Notes: a model not told the origin generated them from the sequence alone. A DNA stretch of 64,000 nt from Acidobacteriota bacterium (GCA_963663035.1 OY760074.1:1056001-1120000); one strand, 5' to 3'. Numbered from the stretch's first letter, positions 1 through 10,234 are shown. Numbers and translations: made by a program.

Positions 1-167
1 GGAATGCGGCTCAGCTCCTGGGCAAACTGGACGATCTGGGAACCCTGGAAGCCGGCAAGTTGGCCGATCTGATTGTTGTCGATGGAGATCCTTTGGCGGA
101 TATCTCCGTCATCCACAATATTGAACTGGTCATCAAAAATGGAAGCATTGTGGTGGATAATCGGTGA
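1..167 (+). CDS. 3' end of amidohydrolase family protein (partial)
   Basis: Frame 3 reads NAAQLLGKLDDLGTLEAGKLADLIVVDGDPLADI...IKNGSIVVDNR*, the typical amidohydrolase C-terminal motif. Not in the ORF track because it is truncated by the window edge. Confidence 0.85.
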   Translation, partial: NAAQLLGKLDDLGTLEAGKLADLIVVDGDPLADISVIHNIELVIKNGSIVVDNR

Positions 168-341
168 GCCCGGCCGCTGGTCCTTGGCCAGCACGTTTCA
201 CGTTTCAAGGCGGGCGTCCAATACTCAACTTCCATCGGACAACTGAGATATACTTACACACTCTTGGAAAAGCGGAGAGGGAAGCCATTGGGGTAATCCA
301 GGACACCACCTCTTCGTTAATCCATTAGAAATCAACAATAT

Positions 342-414
342 GGGCCGTTAGCTCAGGCGGTAGAGCATCTGCCTTTTAAGCAGAGGGTCGCTGGTTCGAG
401 TCCAGCACGGCTCA
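342..414 (+). tRNA. tRNA-Lys(UUU)
   Basis: Acceptor GGGCCGT/ACGGCTC, D arm TAGCTCAG..GGTAGAGC, anticodon stem TCTGC/GCAGA with loop CT-TTT-AA, T arm GGTTCGAGTCC. CCA not encoded. Confidence 0.95.
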
Positions 415-522
415 TTTCCCTAACTCCCTATTTATCAGTTGATTAGCAAACTGCACTCAGAGGCCATCAAGGCGTCGTTTTTGGCCAGGCTGAGGTCTCC
501 TGTGCAAGGGAAGAATTTCTGA

Positions 523-1362
523 TTATCGAGGATGAGGCTGCTTTGCTGTTTCAAGCTGTAAGCCAAGAGTGTAGAACTTTCTGGCCCTGGAGGAGCCGGA
601 CAAACGGGCTCGGTAGCGCCCTTGTTCCTCCAACAGAATCGCATACAGGGAGCTCACTTCAGGGTCGGACAGTAGTAGTTCTACAATACGCTCCGGATGC
701 ACAAAGGCTTCTGGAGGGTCAGCATGGTGAGTCAGTTTTCTCTGCCACTCGATCATTTCGATGACCTGATCCCCCGAGAAGTAAAGAGGGTAATAGGTAT
801 CGGAGATTAAGACTCGGCCTCGAGGCTCGAGCAGGCTACCCAGGCGCCTGAAAAAGTCAGGGAAAAACTCGTCAGGCCCGCTCCCGGAATGGAGATGGAT
901 TTCGTGGAGTACGCCATGAAGGACGATCAGGTGGTAGCGCTCTTCTTTTCCCAAGAAGGTGAAGAAATCTTCCTGTGTGAACCTCCAGGATATCTTTCGG
1001 TCATCGCTTAGGGACTCAAAATGTCCCTCTGGGGCGGCCTGACAGTCGGCCACGAGAGTAGACTTCTCCAGACAAGCGGGTTCGATGTGACCCAGCGGTT
1101 CGGGGTCTACAAAGTGGACCTGGATCGCCTGTGGGCAAGTGCTCTCCCTTTGGGTTTCCTCAAGACCTCGAAGCAGGACCGATTTGGCGCCTGCGCCCAC
1201 TTCAAGCAGCTCCAGCCGATCCTCGGCTTCCTGGTAGGACTGAAGCAGGAACTGCTTGAGCAGCTCATTGAAGTGGTCGTAGTGACCACGCCAAAGTTCC
1301 TGTAAATTGCTGTAGGTGTCGGGCAGTTCGTAGCCGCGACGGTCGGTGGTTTCAGAACTCAT
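523..1362 (-). CDS. putative class I SAM-dependent methyltransferase
   Basis: Motif I-like LEVGAG, VHFVD, YHLIVLHGVLHE, LEPRGRVLISD. Confidence 0.6.
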   Translation of the reverse strand: MSSETTDRRGYELPDTYSNLQELWRGHYDHFNELLKQFLLQSYQEAEDRLELLEVGAGAKSVLLRGLEETQRESTCPQAIQVHFVDPEPLGHIEPACLEKSTLVADCQAAPEGHFESLSDDRKISWRFTQEDFFTFLGKEERYHLIVLHGVLHEIHLHSGSGPDEFFPDFFRRLGSLLEPRGRVLISDTYYPLYFSGDQVIEMIEWQRKLTHHADPPEAFVHPERIVELLLSDPEVSSLYAILLEEQGRYRARLSGSSRARKFYTLGLQLETAKQPHPR

Positions 1363-1386
1363 GAGACTTCTTTCCCAACCTTCATC

Positions 1387-2619
1387 TTAGTTCGTCGGCA
1401 CCAGGCGTTTGAGTTCTTCAAACCAGTTCAGGACGACGTTGATTTGGCTTTGCTGGGAACCCTCTTCACCTTTGAGCATCACAAACCGCTGACCGTCCGG
1501 AGAGACGTCGTAATTCACCGACCCTCCAGCAAGGGTAGTGCCGTTGAGGTAGGGTCCCTCGAATAACAACGTGGGTGTTTGCGCCTGGAATGATGGTCCC
1601 GTCTGAACGGAAGCAGCCATGACCCTGTCTTCGTTGCGATAGAAGAGCTCTTTGCCATCATGCGCCCATACTGGCTCAATTCCTCCATCCGTGGATACCT
1701 GTATACTCCCGTCCTCACCAGAAAAGGATTTGACATAGATTTCATCAGATCCGGACGGATCAGAGCTAAAAGCAATCCATCGACCATCCGGCGAGAATGC
1801 GGGGAGTACCTCATCAAACTGAGTTCCAAGGAATAACTGTGATTGCCTTTCGCCGGCGATTGGGAGCAGCCAAATGTCATCTTTGTTGGCAACGGAAAAG
1901 GATTGCACGAATGCCAACACTTGACCGTCCGGGGACCATGAGCCGGGAGTCTGAGGATTCTTGCCGACTGTTAGCTCCTCAACCTCACCACTCCCATCGG
2001 TAGGCATCCAGGAGATGTTCCATTCATCATTTCGATTTGAACTGAACGCGACCCGCTTGCCATCTGGCGTCCAGATAGCGCTTTTGCTTTGGCCTTCAGA
2101 GGTCAGTGGAGTCAATATTCCACGAGCAGTTTCGTAGATCCAGATGTTACTGTCCTCACCCCCCCCAACTGTAACGGACACACGGCCACCGTCAGGCGAA
2201 AAACGCGGTTCTTGGAAGTTGCGTTGAATCTCGTATAGGGCCTCTGTTGTTCCCCGACGATCCACCCAGACGAGCTGGGTCTGCTTTTCTGTCTCACTGG
2301 AGACATAAATGAGCGTTCCGTTACGTGAAAGGCTGAAATCTATGCCACCGCCCCGTGACCCTCGGACCCCTTCAAGAAGAGTAATCGGATCGCCGGTGAC
2401 TTCGAGGGCCTCAAGATCAAAGGGCGCTGCCATGAGGTTTTCCGTCTTCGCATAAACCAGGTGTCCTGTGGGCAAATAGTGAGCCTGTCTACCTTCGTCC
2501 AATACGATTTTCTGCTCACCCGTCTCCAGAGACAGCACCGCCGTCTGATAGTCTTCCCCCTGGCCTCCAGCTCCCAGCTTTTCGATGATTTTGTAATGGC
2601 TGATGGTTTTGCCGACCAT
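1387..2619 (-). CDS. TolB-like/PD40 beta-propeller protein derived from a Ser/Thr kinase gene by internal deletion
   Basis: Repeats PRFSPDG, AIWTPDG, GSWSPDG, PAFSPDG. C-terminus VVLNWFEELKRLVP is typical of kinase-TolB proteins. N-terminus MVGKTISHYKIIEKLGAGGQG is kinase subdomain I only. Confidence 0.8.
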   Translation of the reverse strand: MVGKTISHYKIIEKLGAGGQGEDYQTAVLSLETGEQKIVLDEGRQAHYLPTGHLVYAKTENLMAAPFDLEALEVTGDPITLLEGVRGSRGGGIDFSLSRNGTLIYVSSETEKQTQLVWVDRRGTTEALYEIQRNFQEPRFSPDGGRVSVTVGGGEDSNIWIYETARGILTPLTSEGQSKSAIWTPDGKRVAFSSNRNDEWNISWMPTDGSGEVEELTVGKNPQTPGSWSPDGQVLAFVQSFSVANKDDIWLLPIAGERQSQLFLGTQFDEVLPAFSPDGRWIAFSSDPSGSDEIYVKSFSGEDGSIQVSTDGGIEPVWAHDGKELFYRNEDRVMAASVQTGPSFQAQTPTLLFEGPYLNGTTLAGGSVNYDVSPDGQRFVMLKGEEGSQQSQINVVLNWFEELKRLVPTN

Positions 2620-2654
2620 TGAAGTCTCCCTCGCTGTGGGTGTGATTCTTGTAG

Positions 2655-2683
2655 ATATTAGAACGTTAGGGGGTTGAAGGCAA
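2655..2683 (-). promoter_or_regulatory. sigma70-like promoter TTGCCT-17-TAATAT
   Basis: Nearly the same element (TTGCCT-17-TAACAT) precedes the intact kinase at 8097-8125. Confidence 0.55.
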
Positions 2684-2775
2684 TGGGGAAGAGTTTAGTG
2701 GGTTGCAGCGGGCAGTAAGTGGACCAACTGTTTGGCTCTATGGCAAGGACAAGCGGGGGGCCGATCTCCCTGAAT

Positions 2776-3222
2776 TCACTGTCTTAGCAGCCGATCGGTG
2801 GCGGTAGCTGGACGGTCTTCTTCGGTGTATTGGATGACGCGGGACGACTCCCGAGCGTAGAAGCTGCGAGTCCCAGTAGAACCATAAGCAAGGGGTCTGG
2901 CAGTGATTGTGTAGCTGCTGTTTCTGTTCCTGAGTGTGACGACAAACGAATAACCATTCTTTTCGCCTGAGGCCAGAACACTGTCCACCAATCCTGTGTC
3001 TTCCAACTCAGTCAGAGTTGCATAGATCCCCTCGCCTACGGTGTCGGAGTAAATCCCCTGAGCAGCCACAATATTACGTAGGGAAGTGATGGCGGAGGCT
3101 TCATTGAGAGCTTCCGGAGGCGATGGGGCACAGCTGAGCAGCATGGACGCCAGAGTGGTCATGCTCATGGCCCATAGCCAGTAATGGTCAGCTGTGGGCT
3201 TTTGCAAAGCTTGCTCAGGCAT
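2776..3222 (-). CDS. type IV pilin/pseudopilin-like head domain with lipoprotein-like N-terminus
   Basis: NEASAITSLRNIVAAQGIY...LVDSVLASGEKNGYSF...ARPLAYGSTGTRSF resembles pilin-like heads. No prepilin G/F..E motif. LLSC lipobox-like site. Confidence 0.55.
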   Translation of the reverse strand: MPEQALQKPTADHYWLWAMSMTTLASMLLSCAPSPPEALNEASAITSLRNIVAAQGIYSDTVGEGIYATLTELEDTGLVDSVLASGEKNGYSFVVTLRNRNSSYTITARPLAYGSTGTRSFYARESSRVIQYTEEDRPATATDRLLRQ

Positions 3223-3290
3223 CGTCTCCGGTATTTGTGGTGAGCTGAAGGTATACTATATTAAATCCGCAAAAATGACAGGAGCAACAA

Positions 3291-3848
3291 ATGAGTGATG
3301 TAAAGAGGTTCCTGGTGTGCCTTCTCCTTGTGACCTTCCTGGTCATTCCTCAGGTGAGCGTGGTCTTGGCCCAGGATGATGAAGACGCACCAGAGCGTCA
3401 AAGAAGAGGCTTGGTCGCTTCGCTGAACGGTTTTCAGGAAGTTCCGGCTGTTGTGAGCAGTGGACGGGGAAGCTTCCGGGCCCGGATCAGGTCGGATCGG
3501 ACCGAGATTCATTACCGCCTGCGCTATGGACGCCTGGAGGGTGAAATCACTCAGGCTCACATCCACATCGGCCAGCGCGGTGTCAACGGAGGAATAGCGG
3601 TCGTGCTGTGCACCAACGTGGCCGTATCCCCGGCTCAAGCGTGCCCAATCGGGGAAGGAGACATCTCCGGTACCATTTTGGCTGCCGATATCCTCGCCAT
3701 TCCTGACCAGAGTGTGGAAGCTGGAGATCTGGTTGACTTGATACGAGCCCTGCGAGCCGGTGCAGCTTACGTCAATATCCATTCCATTCCTTTCCCTGAT
3801 GGTGAGATTCGCGGCCAGATCCGCTGGCAGACACTATCAGATCGCTAG
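3291..3848 (+). CDS. secreted CHRD domain protein
   Basis: Signal peptide; LNGFQEVPAV, QAHIH, YVNIHS, FPDGEIRGQI motifs; RBS AGGAG. Confidence 0.9.
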   Translation: MSDVKRFLVCLLLVTFLVIPQVSVVLAQDDEDAPERQRRGLVASLNGFQEVPAVVSSGRGSFRARIRSDRTEIHYRLRYGRLEGEITQAHIHIGQRGVNGGIAVVLCTNVAVSPAQACPIGEGDISGTILAADILAIPDQSVEAGDLVDLIRALRAGAAYVNIHSIPFPDGEIRGQIRWQTLSDR

Positions 3849-3883
3849 GCATGGATCAGCCATCCAGCTGAGAGAGAGGCGAG

Positions 3884-4884
3884 TTAATCCGGACGGGCCA
3901 GGAAGCCCGAAAGGTCGTGATAGCTCACCGCACCGTGGGCGAAGTAGTGGCAAACAACCGACTTTCTGGAGAGCCCTCGGGCCTTGCGCGGCGTACCGCC
4001 GTGGAGGAGATTGGCGTGCCAGATGAGCATGTCTCCCTTCTTGGGAGTGAAGACCACCCTTTCCAGACCTTCCTCTTTGATCAACTCCTGCATGAAGGGC
4101 TCGTACCTTTGGCTGTAAGCGGCGGCGTGATTAGGAGGCACTCACGGGGCGAAATGCCGACGTCGTTCGATAGGTAGTAGGGCAGCTTGTGGCTACCCGG
4201 GTAGTAGACAAGTGGTCCTGACTCTGGACTGACATCCTCCATTGCCGTCCAGGTTGCCGCCAGGTAGCCTTCCGGGTAGGTCGTCATGTGCACCGAGTCG
4301 GAGTGATCCTGCTGCTCGCTGCCCTTGAAGAAGAGGAGCGTCTGAAAAGGACGGATCTCCCGTCCCAGGAGAAGCTTCAGAACATCCACGGTGGGCGAAT
4401 GCCGGAGCACCTCCTTGACCTCCGGCACTCGGGAGTGAAGGTCCTGGAAGCGCTCTTCGTAGTCTCCCTCGGTCATCGAGTCCAGCGTCACGGGCAGGCC
4501 ACCGCTGCGAACGGCCCTCTCGACAGCTTTCCAGGTGCTGTCCAGAAAGTCCGGATCGTGGAAGCGCTCGAGGATCAGATAACCGTTTTTGCTATAAAAC
4601 CGGCACTGCTCGGCCTGTTCTTCCGATAGGTCACCTCGAGCAAGCTTCTTGTCAATACTCTGATCGGCGTCCGGCCGGTCGAGCCACGGAACGGGCCCCC
4701 CGCTGGGAAAGTATTCGCGGCGGTACAGCTTCATCCTGCGCAGGTCGACGGGCTTCTCAGCAAAGAACGTCGACTGGTCGTAGGTCTTCAGGAATTTGCG
4801 CGCTTTCAAGGACCGGTGCGCCAGAATCACAGCGCTAGGAAGCCTTTTTCTCAGGGCGGTAAGAGTAGAGCTGGACAGCTGCAT
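3884..4884 (-). pseudogene. phytanoyl-CoA dioxygenase (PhyH) family Fe(II)/2OG enzyme, frameshifted near 4130-4141
   Basis: HxD (DHSDSVH) and GPLVYYPGSH lie in ORF 4081-4884. KKGDMLIWHANLLHGG and the RKS motif lie in overlapping ORF 3884-4141 in another frame. Confidence 0.8.
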
Positions 4885-4966
4885 ATCAGCTCCCGGTTGA
4901 GGGACTTGGTTGGAATCGAACTCCTCCGGTCATGAGCCGGCTTTACCCGATCCTCGAAGAGGGCAG

Positions 4967-5530
4967 TTAACGCGAGAGCCTGCGGATCGTTCTTGGGAGT
5001 AGGCCTTCCAGTCTGGCTTTCCTTTGGAGATCCAGGAGGGATTTCCTGGCGGTTTCAAGGTCTTTCCGATTGCTTTCAAACATCTGCGGGACATCCTGTA
5101 CCTGTTGGGACCACTCTCGTTCCAGTGTCGTACCTGCTTCATAGGGATTCACGCGTACTACACCACTGTTCAACTCGGTCATTCTTTGCTCGAGTACCCG
5201 GTCTCGACTGACGGCAGCCTGCAGGGTCCGAGTAGCCTCATTGAACAGGGCCTCCCACTCGGCCAGCTCCCGTTCGCTATTTTCAGATCCGGGAGACGCC
5301 CCTTCGGCATTCTCTCCTTCTGTCCCAGCAGATGAAGGTGCTGTGCTGTCACTCACCGTACCCCGGATGTTCTTCAGATTGGCATTGGTAATAATCTGAG
5401 CTGGCTGTTCCAGGCCGGCCCTGCGCTCACGCTCTCGGCGAGCAATCTCGGCCAGAGAAGGTGCTTCGGCGTCCTGGGCAAGGCTCCATGCAGGAGTCAA
5501 CAGTAAGAGTAGAAGAAATAAAACAATCAT
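4967..5530 (-). CDS. secreted hypothetical coiled-coil protein
   Basis: Signal peptide (AWSLA/Q), SLAEIARRER, ITNANL. Confidence 0.7.
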   Translation of the reverse strand: MIVLFLLLLLLTPAWSLAQDAEAPSLAEIARRERERRAGLEQPAQIITNANLKNIRGTVSDSTAPSSAGTEGENAEGASPGSENSERELAEWEALFNEATRTLQAAVSRDRVLEQRMTELNSGVVRVNPYEAGTTLEREWSQQVQDVPQMFESNRKDLETARKSLLDLQRKARLEGLLPRTIRRLSR

Positions 5531-5575
5531 GGCTATTTCCTGCGCATTATAGAGCTATCCTGAGGTACTGTCTAT

Positions 5576-5653
5576 GGGGAAATGTGGGGACAGACTACCC
5601 GTTCACCTCATTTTGAAATGAGGTGAACGGGTAGTCTGTCCCCACATTTCCCC
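5576..5653. repeat. perfect inverted repeat, 38-bp arms with 2-nt loop
   Basis: GGGGAAATGTGGGGACAGACTACCCGTTCACCTCATTT-TG-AAATGAGGTGAACGGGTAGTCTGTCCCCACATTTCCCC. Confidence 0.95.
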
Positions 5654-5679
5654 CCGTGGGCTAAAGCCCACGGCTCTGA
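5654..5679. repeat. REP family A, single unit
   Basis: CCGTGGGC-TAAA-GCCCACGG-CTCTGA; same unit in the doublets at 8168, 10156 and 16119. Confidence 0.85.
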
Positions 5680-5696
5680 CTGTTTTCGTAAGCTGG

Positions 5697-8057
5697 TTAG
5701 GGCTCCAGCTTCATGCGCCTCAACAGCTCAGTGAAGCGAGGGTCGGCACGAAGGGGGTCATATTCAAAATCTGAAGATCGAAGCCAAAAGTTCTCGAATT
5801 CAGGCCATTCAAGAACTTGGTTTAGCCAATCAAAGGCCTGATTAAACTCGCCCAGGGCGGCATAAACTTTAGCCGTTTCACTGCGCCGAAGGAAAGACGC
5901 TTGGGCTCTTTCAAGTACTTCCAGGGCTTCACTCTTTCTTTCGGTTACCGCATATAAATACGCAATGGAGTAGAAAGCCTCAATTTCCTCAAACTTGGCC
6001 AAGGCGTCCTCATAGAGCCCCTTTTTTAAAAAAGCTCTCCCGAGCTCGACATGGGCAGCTCGAAAATCCGGCTGCAACTCCACGCTTTCCCTGAATTGCT
6101 GGATGGCAAGGTCGTACTGGCCATTGGTGAGCAAATCTATTCCCAGGTCAAGGCGTATACGAGGCGCCAGCGGATCAAGCACTTGAGCCTGTCGATGCTC
6201 AGCCAGGGACTGCTCGAAGCGTCCCTGTCCTGTCAGGTAGATGCCATAGAAGTGGTGGGCTGATGGATAGTGAGGATTGAGCTCGATGGCACGCAGAAAT
6301 TCGGTCTCTGCAGCAGCCCAGTCGTGGTTGAACAGATCATGGATGAACCCTAGGGAGGCATGAGCCTCAGCCAGGCGATCATCCAACTCTGTGGCCCTTG
6401 TTGCCGCCCTTTCTGCCGCTTCTATGACCTCCACCCCCGTCACATAAGTGTAGGCAGCCTGAAGACTGTAGGAGTCGGCCAATCCTGCGTAAGCCAGGGC
6501 ATAAGCTGGATCCAGGTCAATGGCTTGACTGAAGTAGCTGACGGCTCTCTCTAATCCTTCCCGTGACCTCTGCTTCCAGTAATAGCGACCCCTGAGATAC
6601 AGCTGATAGGCCTCGGTGTTTTCCGTGTATCGTTTGGTGAGTTCCTCGGTCTGCTCTCCTGTCAGTTGAAGCCCCAGGGCATCCGCAATCTCGGTGGCAA
6701 ACTGCTCTTCGATCTCGAGAATGTCTGCTCGGGTTCGGGTGAATCTATCGCCCCAAAGATTCTGGTTGTCTCTGCCGTCCACCAGCTCCACGTAAAGGGC
6801 AATCTGTTCCCCAACCTGCCGTAACTGACCTCTTACAATGCCTTGCACGCCTAGTTCATCTGCTGCGACGTTAAGGTCAACGCCTTCCTGCTTGTATCGC
6901 TCCGAGGTGATGGCGGAGACAACCTTGTCCAGCTGCTCCAATTGTGAGAGTCGATTGAGGGCACCCTGGGCTATTCCCTCGGCGAAGAAGTCCAGTTCGG
7001 GATCACCGGTTTGATTTTCAAAGGGCAGCACGGCAATAGAATCGATAGCCTCCCCTGGTGCAGTGGCGGTGAAGGGCAAGACCAAGGCTAAAAGTAACAG
7101 GACAACGACGACCGCTCCTCCAGCTACCACAGGCCACAAGTAGCTCCTCTGTCTGGCTGGAGTCGCTGCCGGTACGGCTGCGCTGACGGACTCACCTGAG
7201 GTGTCTCTCCTGAGCCGCTTCAGTTCACTTCGCAGGTCTGAGGCTGTCTGGTAGCGAAGCTCGGGATCCTTCTCGAGCGATCTGTTGACAATCTCCTCCA
7301 ACTTGTCAGGCAGTTCCGGATTGAGTCGTACGGGAGCAGTGGGGACTTTGTTGAGAATCTCGTCAAACAGCACTGCGGTTGTCGTCCCTTTGAAGGGCAG
7401 ACTCCCGGTGGCCATCTCGTACAACACCACACCCAGGGAGAATAGATCCGTTCTGTGATCCAGTTCCTCACCTCTGGCCTGCTCTGGCGACATATAAGCC
7501 ACTGTCCCCAGAGCCGTTCCAGGATTGGTGAGAGCCTCCTCCGAAACCTGCGCCGTGGGCATTCTGGAATCCACTCCGGTCTGCTCCTGGGTCAGCTTGG
7601 CCAGACCAAAGTCCAGCACCTTGGCATCACCTCGCTGGGTGATGAAGATGTTGCCAGGCTTGATGTCTCGGTGAACGATGCCCTTGGCGTGAGCAGCATC
7701 CAAGGCATCTGCAATCTGAATCCCCAGATCCAGGATTTCATCAGTTTGCATCGAGCGGCCCTGGATGCGGTGCTTCAGGGTCTGGCCCTCCAGGTACTGC
7801 ATGACGATGAAGGGTTGTCCCTCATGCTCACCGATGTCGTGGATGGCGCAGATGTTGGGGTGATCCAAAGCCGACGCAGCCCTCGCTTCTCTCTGGAAGC
7901 GCTCCAGTGCCTGGCGGTTTTGGGCGAACTTTTCAGGCAGGAATTTCAGGGCCACATTGCGGCCGAGGCGGCTGTCCTCGGCCTTGTAGACGACACCCAT
8001 ACCACCGCCTCCGAGCTTTTCTGTGATCTTGTAGTGAGAGACGGTCTTGCCAATCAT
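5697..8057 (-). CDS. Hanks-type Ser/Thr protein kinase with TM, TolB_N-like and TPR domains
   Basis: [27 protein letters not shown]; SIAVLPFEN; TPRs. Start placed at ATG 8057 after RBS GGGGGAG. Confidence 0.95.
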   Translation of the reverse strand: MIGKTVSHYKITEKLGGGGMGVVYKAEDSRLGRNVALKFLPEKFAQNRQALERFQREARAASALDHPNICAIHDIGEHEGQPFIVMQYLEGQTLKHRIQGRSMQTDEILDLGIQIADALDAAHAKGIVHRDIKPGNIFITQRGDAKVLDFGLAKLTQEQTGVDSRMPTAQVSEEALTNPGTALGTVAYMSPEQARGEELDHRTDLFSLGVVLYEMATGSLPFKGTTTAVLFDEILNKVPTAPVRLNPELPDKLEEIVNRSLEKDPELRYQTASDLRSELKRLRRDTSGESVSAAVPAATPARQRSYLWPVVAGGAVVVVLLLLALVLPFTATAPGEAIDSIAVLPFENQTGDPELDFFAEGIAQGALNRLSQLEQLDKVVSAITSERYKQEGVDLNVAADELGVQGIVRGQLRQVGEQIALYVELVDGRDNQNLWGDRFTRTRADILEIEEQFATEIADALGLQLTGEQTEELTKRYTENTEAYQLYLRGRYYWKQRSREGLERAVSYFSQAIDLDPAYALAYAGLADSYSLQAAYTYVTGVEVIEAAERAATRATELDDRLAEAHASLGFIHDLFNHDWAAAETEFLRAIELNPHYPSAHHFYGIYLTGQGRFEQSLAEHRQAQVLDPLAPRIRLDLGIDLLTNGQYDLAIQQFRESVELQPDFRAAHVELGRAFLKKGLYEDALAKFEEIEAFYSIAYLYAVTERKSEALEVLERAQASFLRRSETAKVYAALGEFNQAFDWLNQVLEWPEFENFWLRSSDFEYDPLRADPRFTELLRRMKLEP

Positions 8058-8096
8058 CGTTTGACTCCCCCTCAAAGCGGGCGTGACTTGGCCTAG

Positions 8097-8125
8097 ATGT
8101 TAAGTCTTAAGGGGAAGGAAGGCAA
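8097..8125 (-). promoter_or_regulatory. sigma70-like promoter TTGCCT-17-TAACAT
   Basis: Correct spacing; shared with 2655-2683. Confidence 0.55.
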
Positions 8126-8167
8126 TAGGAAGAGAGCAGTCAGGAGGTAGGAGTCAGAAGATAGGAG

Positions 8168-8257
8168 GCCCGCAGGCTAAAGCCTGCGGCTCTGACGGAG
8201 CTGATAAGGCTCAAACAGAGCCGTGGGCTTCAAGCTAGCCTGTTCAGTCCACGGGCC
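8168..8257. repeat. REPIN-like doublet of REP family A
   Basis: CCGCAGGC-TAAA-GCCTGCGG-CTCTG...CAGAG-CCGTGGGC..(extended loop)..CCACGG. Confidence 0.85.
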
Positions 8258-8280
8258 TATTTCCTAAGATCCTGCCCCTG

Positions 8281-10047
8281 TTACCGAGAACTCATGGCCG
8301 GCTCGGACGGAGTCTTGCCGATATCGGACTCTTGCGCCGTCCTGACGTAATAGCTCTCACCCATCGTGCTCAGCAGGTTCTCCTTGACCAGGTCGGAGGT
8401 GACCTGAGTGACACAGTCCACATAGCTCTGGTGTGTGAATTCCTCTCCGGGAGCAAGAGCTCCGTAGCGTTCACCCTCACGCCACCTTCGCTGCCAGGCC
8501 TGTTTGATGCTCTCTCTGGTGTCGCGAACCCCGTTTTTGTTCATGTCCACCAGGTATCCTCGGCGATCGACAGGTTCCAGCCATGCAGGGTCGTATCCGG
8601 CAGGAAGCTCGAACACGTCCGCGTTAATCGACAGCCGCGACTGCTCCATGTAGGTGACAAAGGTTGTTCGGCCGGGTTGAGGGGCCTCCTGGGAGTACTC
8701 GATATAGATCCCGGTGGGGCAGGCCATCTCAGGAAGCTGCACGGCAGGATGATCTCCCAGAAACTGGGCATCGGAACGTGTGGGACTCGGTTCGACTCCC
8801 TCTTCGACCCAGCGATCCAGCGTCTCAATAAGGGCATCGAACAGTCCGCTCATATCGAGATTGCCCGGCGCTCCCGAGTCGCTATGGCTGACGCCGGCAA
8901 CTTCATAGGTACGGCTCCTGGCGTCAAGTCCCTTTTCCTTTAATAAACGCGCGTTCTCGCGTTTGACAAACAGGTACTCGCCCTGCACGTGATCGGCCCC
9001 GGTATAGGCCTGGTGGGCGATATCAATCTGGTAAGCAAAGGACTGTCTGTAGGCGTCATCCACAATCAGGGTGTCTTCTTTCTGGGGCTCCAGAGCAAAA
9101 ATGCCTGGGCCCATATCCACCCGGTTGAAGCGAACCACCGGCCAGTACCAGCCGCCTCCGGCATCATTGATCAGCATGCCGTCGTACATCGGATTTCCCT
9201 GGTGGTCCAGATTGGCTCCCGGCTTGTAATTAGTGATCCGGCCGAGGGCGGCTCCTCCCGATTTGCCGTACCAGTAAGTCCGTTCCGGCCGGCGGCCCAG
9301 ACGATCCTCGACGATATTCTTGGCAATTTCGGTCCAGTCGATCAGCAATCCCACGTGATAACCAAAGGTTTTGTCTCGAAGTATGGTCCCGTCGTCCAGC
9401 CGGACCTCCTCGTCTCTTGTTCTGGGATTATCGGGATTGGGAGGCCGAGTGCCACAGCAGGCAGGCCGCCGAGTATAGGCCACGGCATACCCGTCATCGA
9501 TCATGGGTCCTGCGTAAGAATTAGCCCCCTGCCGCATCGGGTACTGGCCCGGCTCGCGTGGCGGAATTTCACCGATACGCGAATAGTTGCCGGAACCATG
9601 CGAGAGGACGAAGAGCTTTCCATTCCAAGCCTCTGCGGACTGTGGGAGAAAGAGGGTCATGCCGCTGCCCTTGGCGTCGATATAGTAGCCGATGCCGTGA
9701 TAATAGGGACCCAGGTTGCCTCTTTGGGCCAGGGCAAACTCGGGCGCATCGGTGAACATTTCTTTTCTGGTGCCCTCCTTGGGTGTATAGCCTTCGATCG
9801 TTCCGCTAATGCCGATCTCCAGCCGCCCATAAATATCGCCATTGATACTTCTGACGGAACTCTCCGCCAAGATGGTGCACTTCTGGGGGCCTACGGACGT
9901 GCCCGCGACCTCCTCCAAAGGACCGATAAAGGAGCTGCAGTCATTTGACCGCACCAGTTGGGCCGAAGCAGATCCAATGGAAGCCACTGCCACAACCAGG
10001 ACAACAGCCGAAGCCGCCGTCAGCAGTTTTGCGCCACGAGTTTTCAT
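8281..10047 (-). CDS. secreted alpha/beta-hydrolase domain protein (tannase-like clan)
   Basis: Signal peptide from MKTRGAKLL (ATG 10047, RBS GGAGG); WNGKLFV, nucleophile elbow YWYGKSGGA, YEVAGVSH, LDRWVEEG. Confidence 0.75.
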   Translation of the reverse strand: MKTRGAKLLTAASAVVLVVAVASIGSASAQLVRSNDCSSFIGPLEEVAGTSVGPQKCTILAESSVRSINGDIYGRLEIGISGTIEGYTPKEGTRKEMFTDAPEFALAQRGNLGPYYHGIGYYIDAKGSGMTLFLPQSAEAWNGKLFVLSHGSGNYSRIGEIPPREPGQYPMRQGANSYAGPMIDDGYAVAYTRRPACCGTRPPNPDNPRTRDEEVRLDDGTILRDKTFGYHVGLLIDWTEIAKNIVEDRLGRRPERTYWYGKSGGAALGRITNYKPGANLDHQGNPMYDGMLINDAGGGWYWPVVRFNRVDMGPGIFALEPQKEDTLIVDDAYRQSFAYQIDIAHQAYTGADHVQGEYLFVKRENARLLKEKGLDARSRTYEVAGVSHSDSGAPGNLDMSGLFDALIETLDRWVEEGVEPSPTRSDAQFLGDHPAVQLPEMACPTGIYIEYSQEAPQPGRTTFVTYMEQSRLSINADVFELPAGYDPAWLEPVDRRGYLVDMNKNGVRDTRESIKQAWQRRWREGERYGALAPGEEFTHQSYVDCVTQVTSDLVKENLLSTMGESYYVRTAQESDIGKTPSEPAMSSR

Positions 10048-10155
10048 GATTTTTTCCTCCGCAGGTTTATACGAGTTCTGGATAAAAATTTGAGTCACTC
10101 CTTAGTATCACTTGGCTGGCTGTAAGTCAAGAATAAGCGAGGTGGAAGTAGGGAT

Positions 10156-10232
10156 GGCCCGCAGGCTAAAGCCTGCGGCTCTGACGGAACTGAAGAGGCT
10201 CAAACAGAGCCGTGGGCTTTAGCCCACGGGCC
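10156..10232. repeat. REPIN-like doublet of REP family A
   Basis: Two hairpins with inward-facing CTCTG/CAGAG tails and a conserved spacer ACGGAACTGAAGAGGCTCAAA. Confidence 0.9.
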
Positions 10233-10234
10233 CC

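Noticed and set aside
317-445. AT-rich TAA..TCA motifs on both sides of tRNA-Lys as att or integrase arm sites
   Set aside because: Similarity is weak and no integrase or repeated tRNA end is visible; it cannot be supported from this window.
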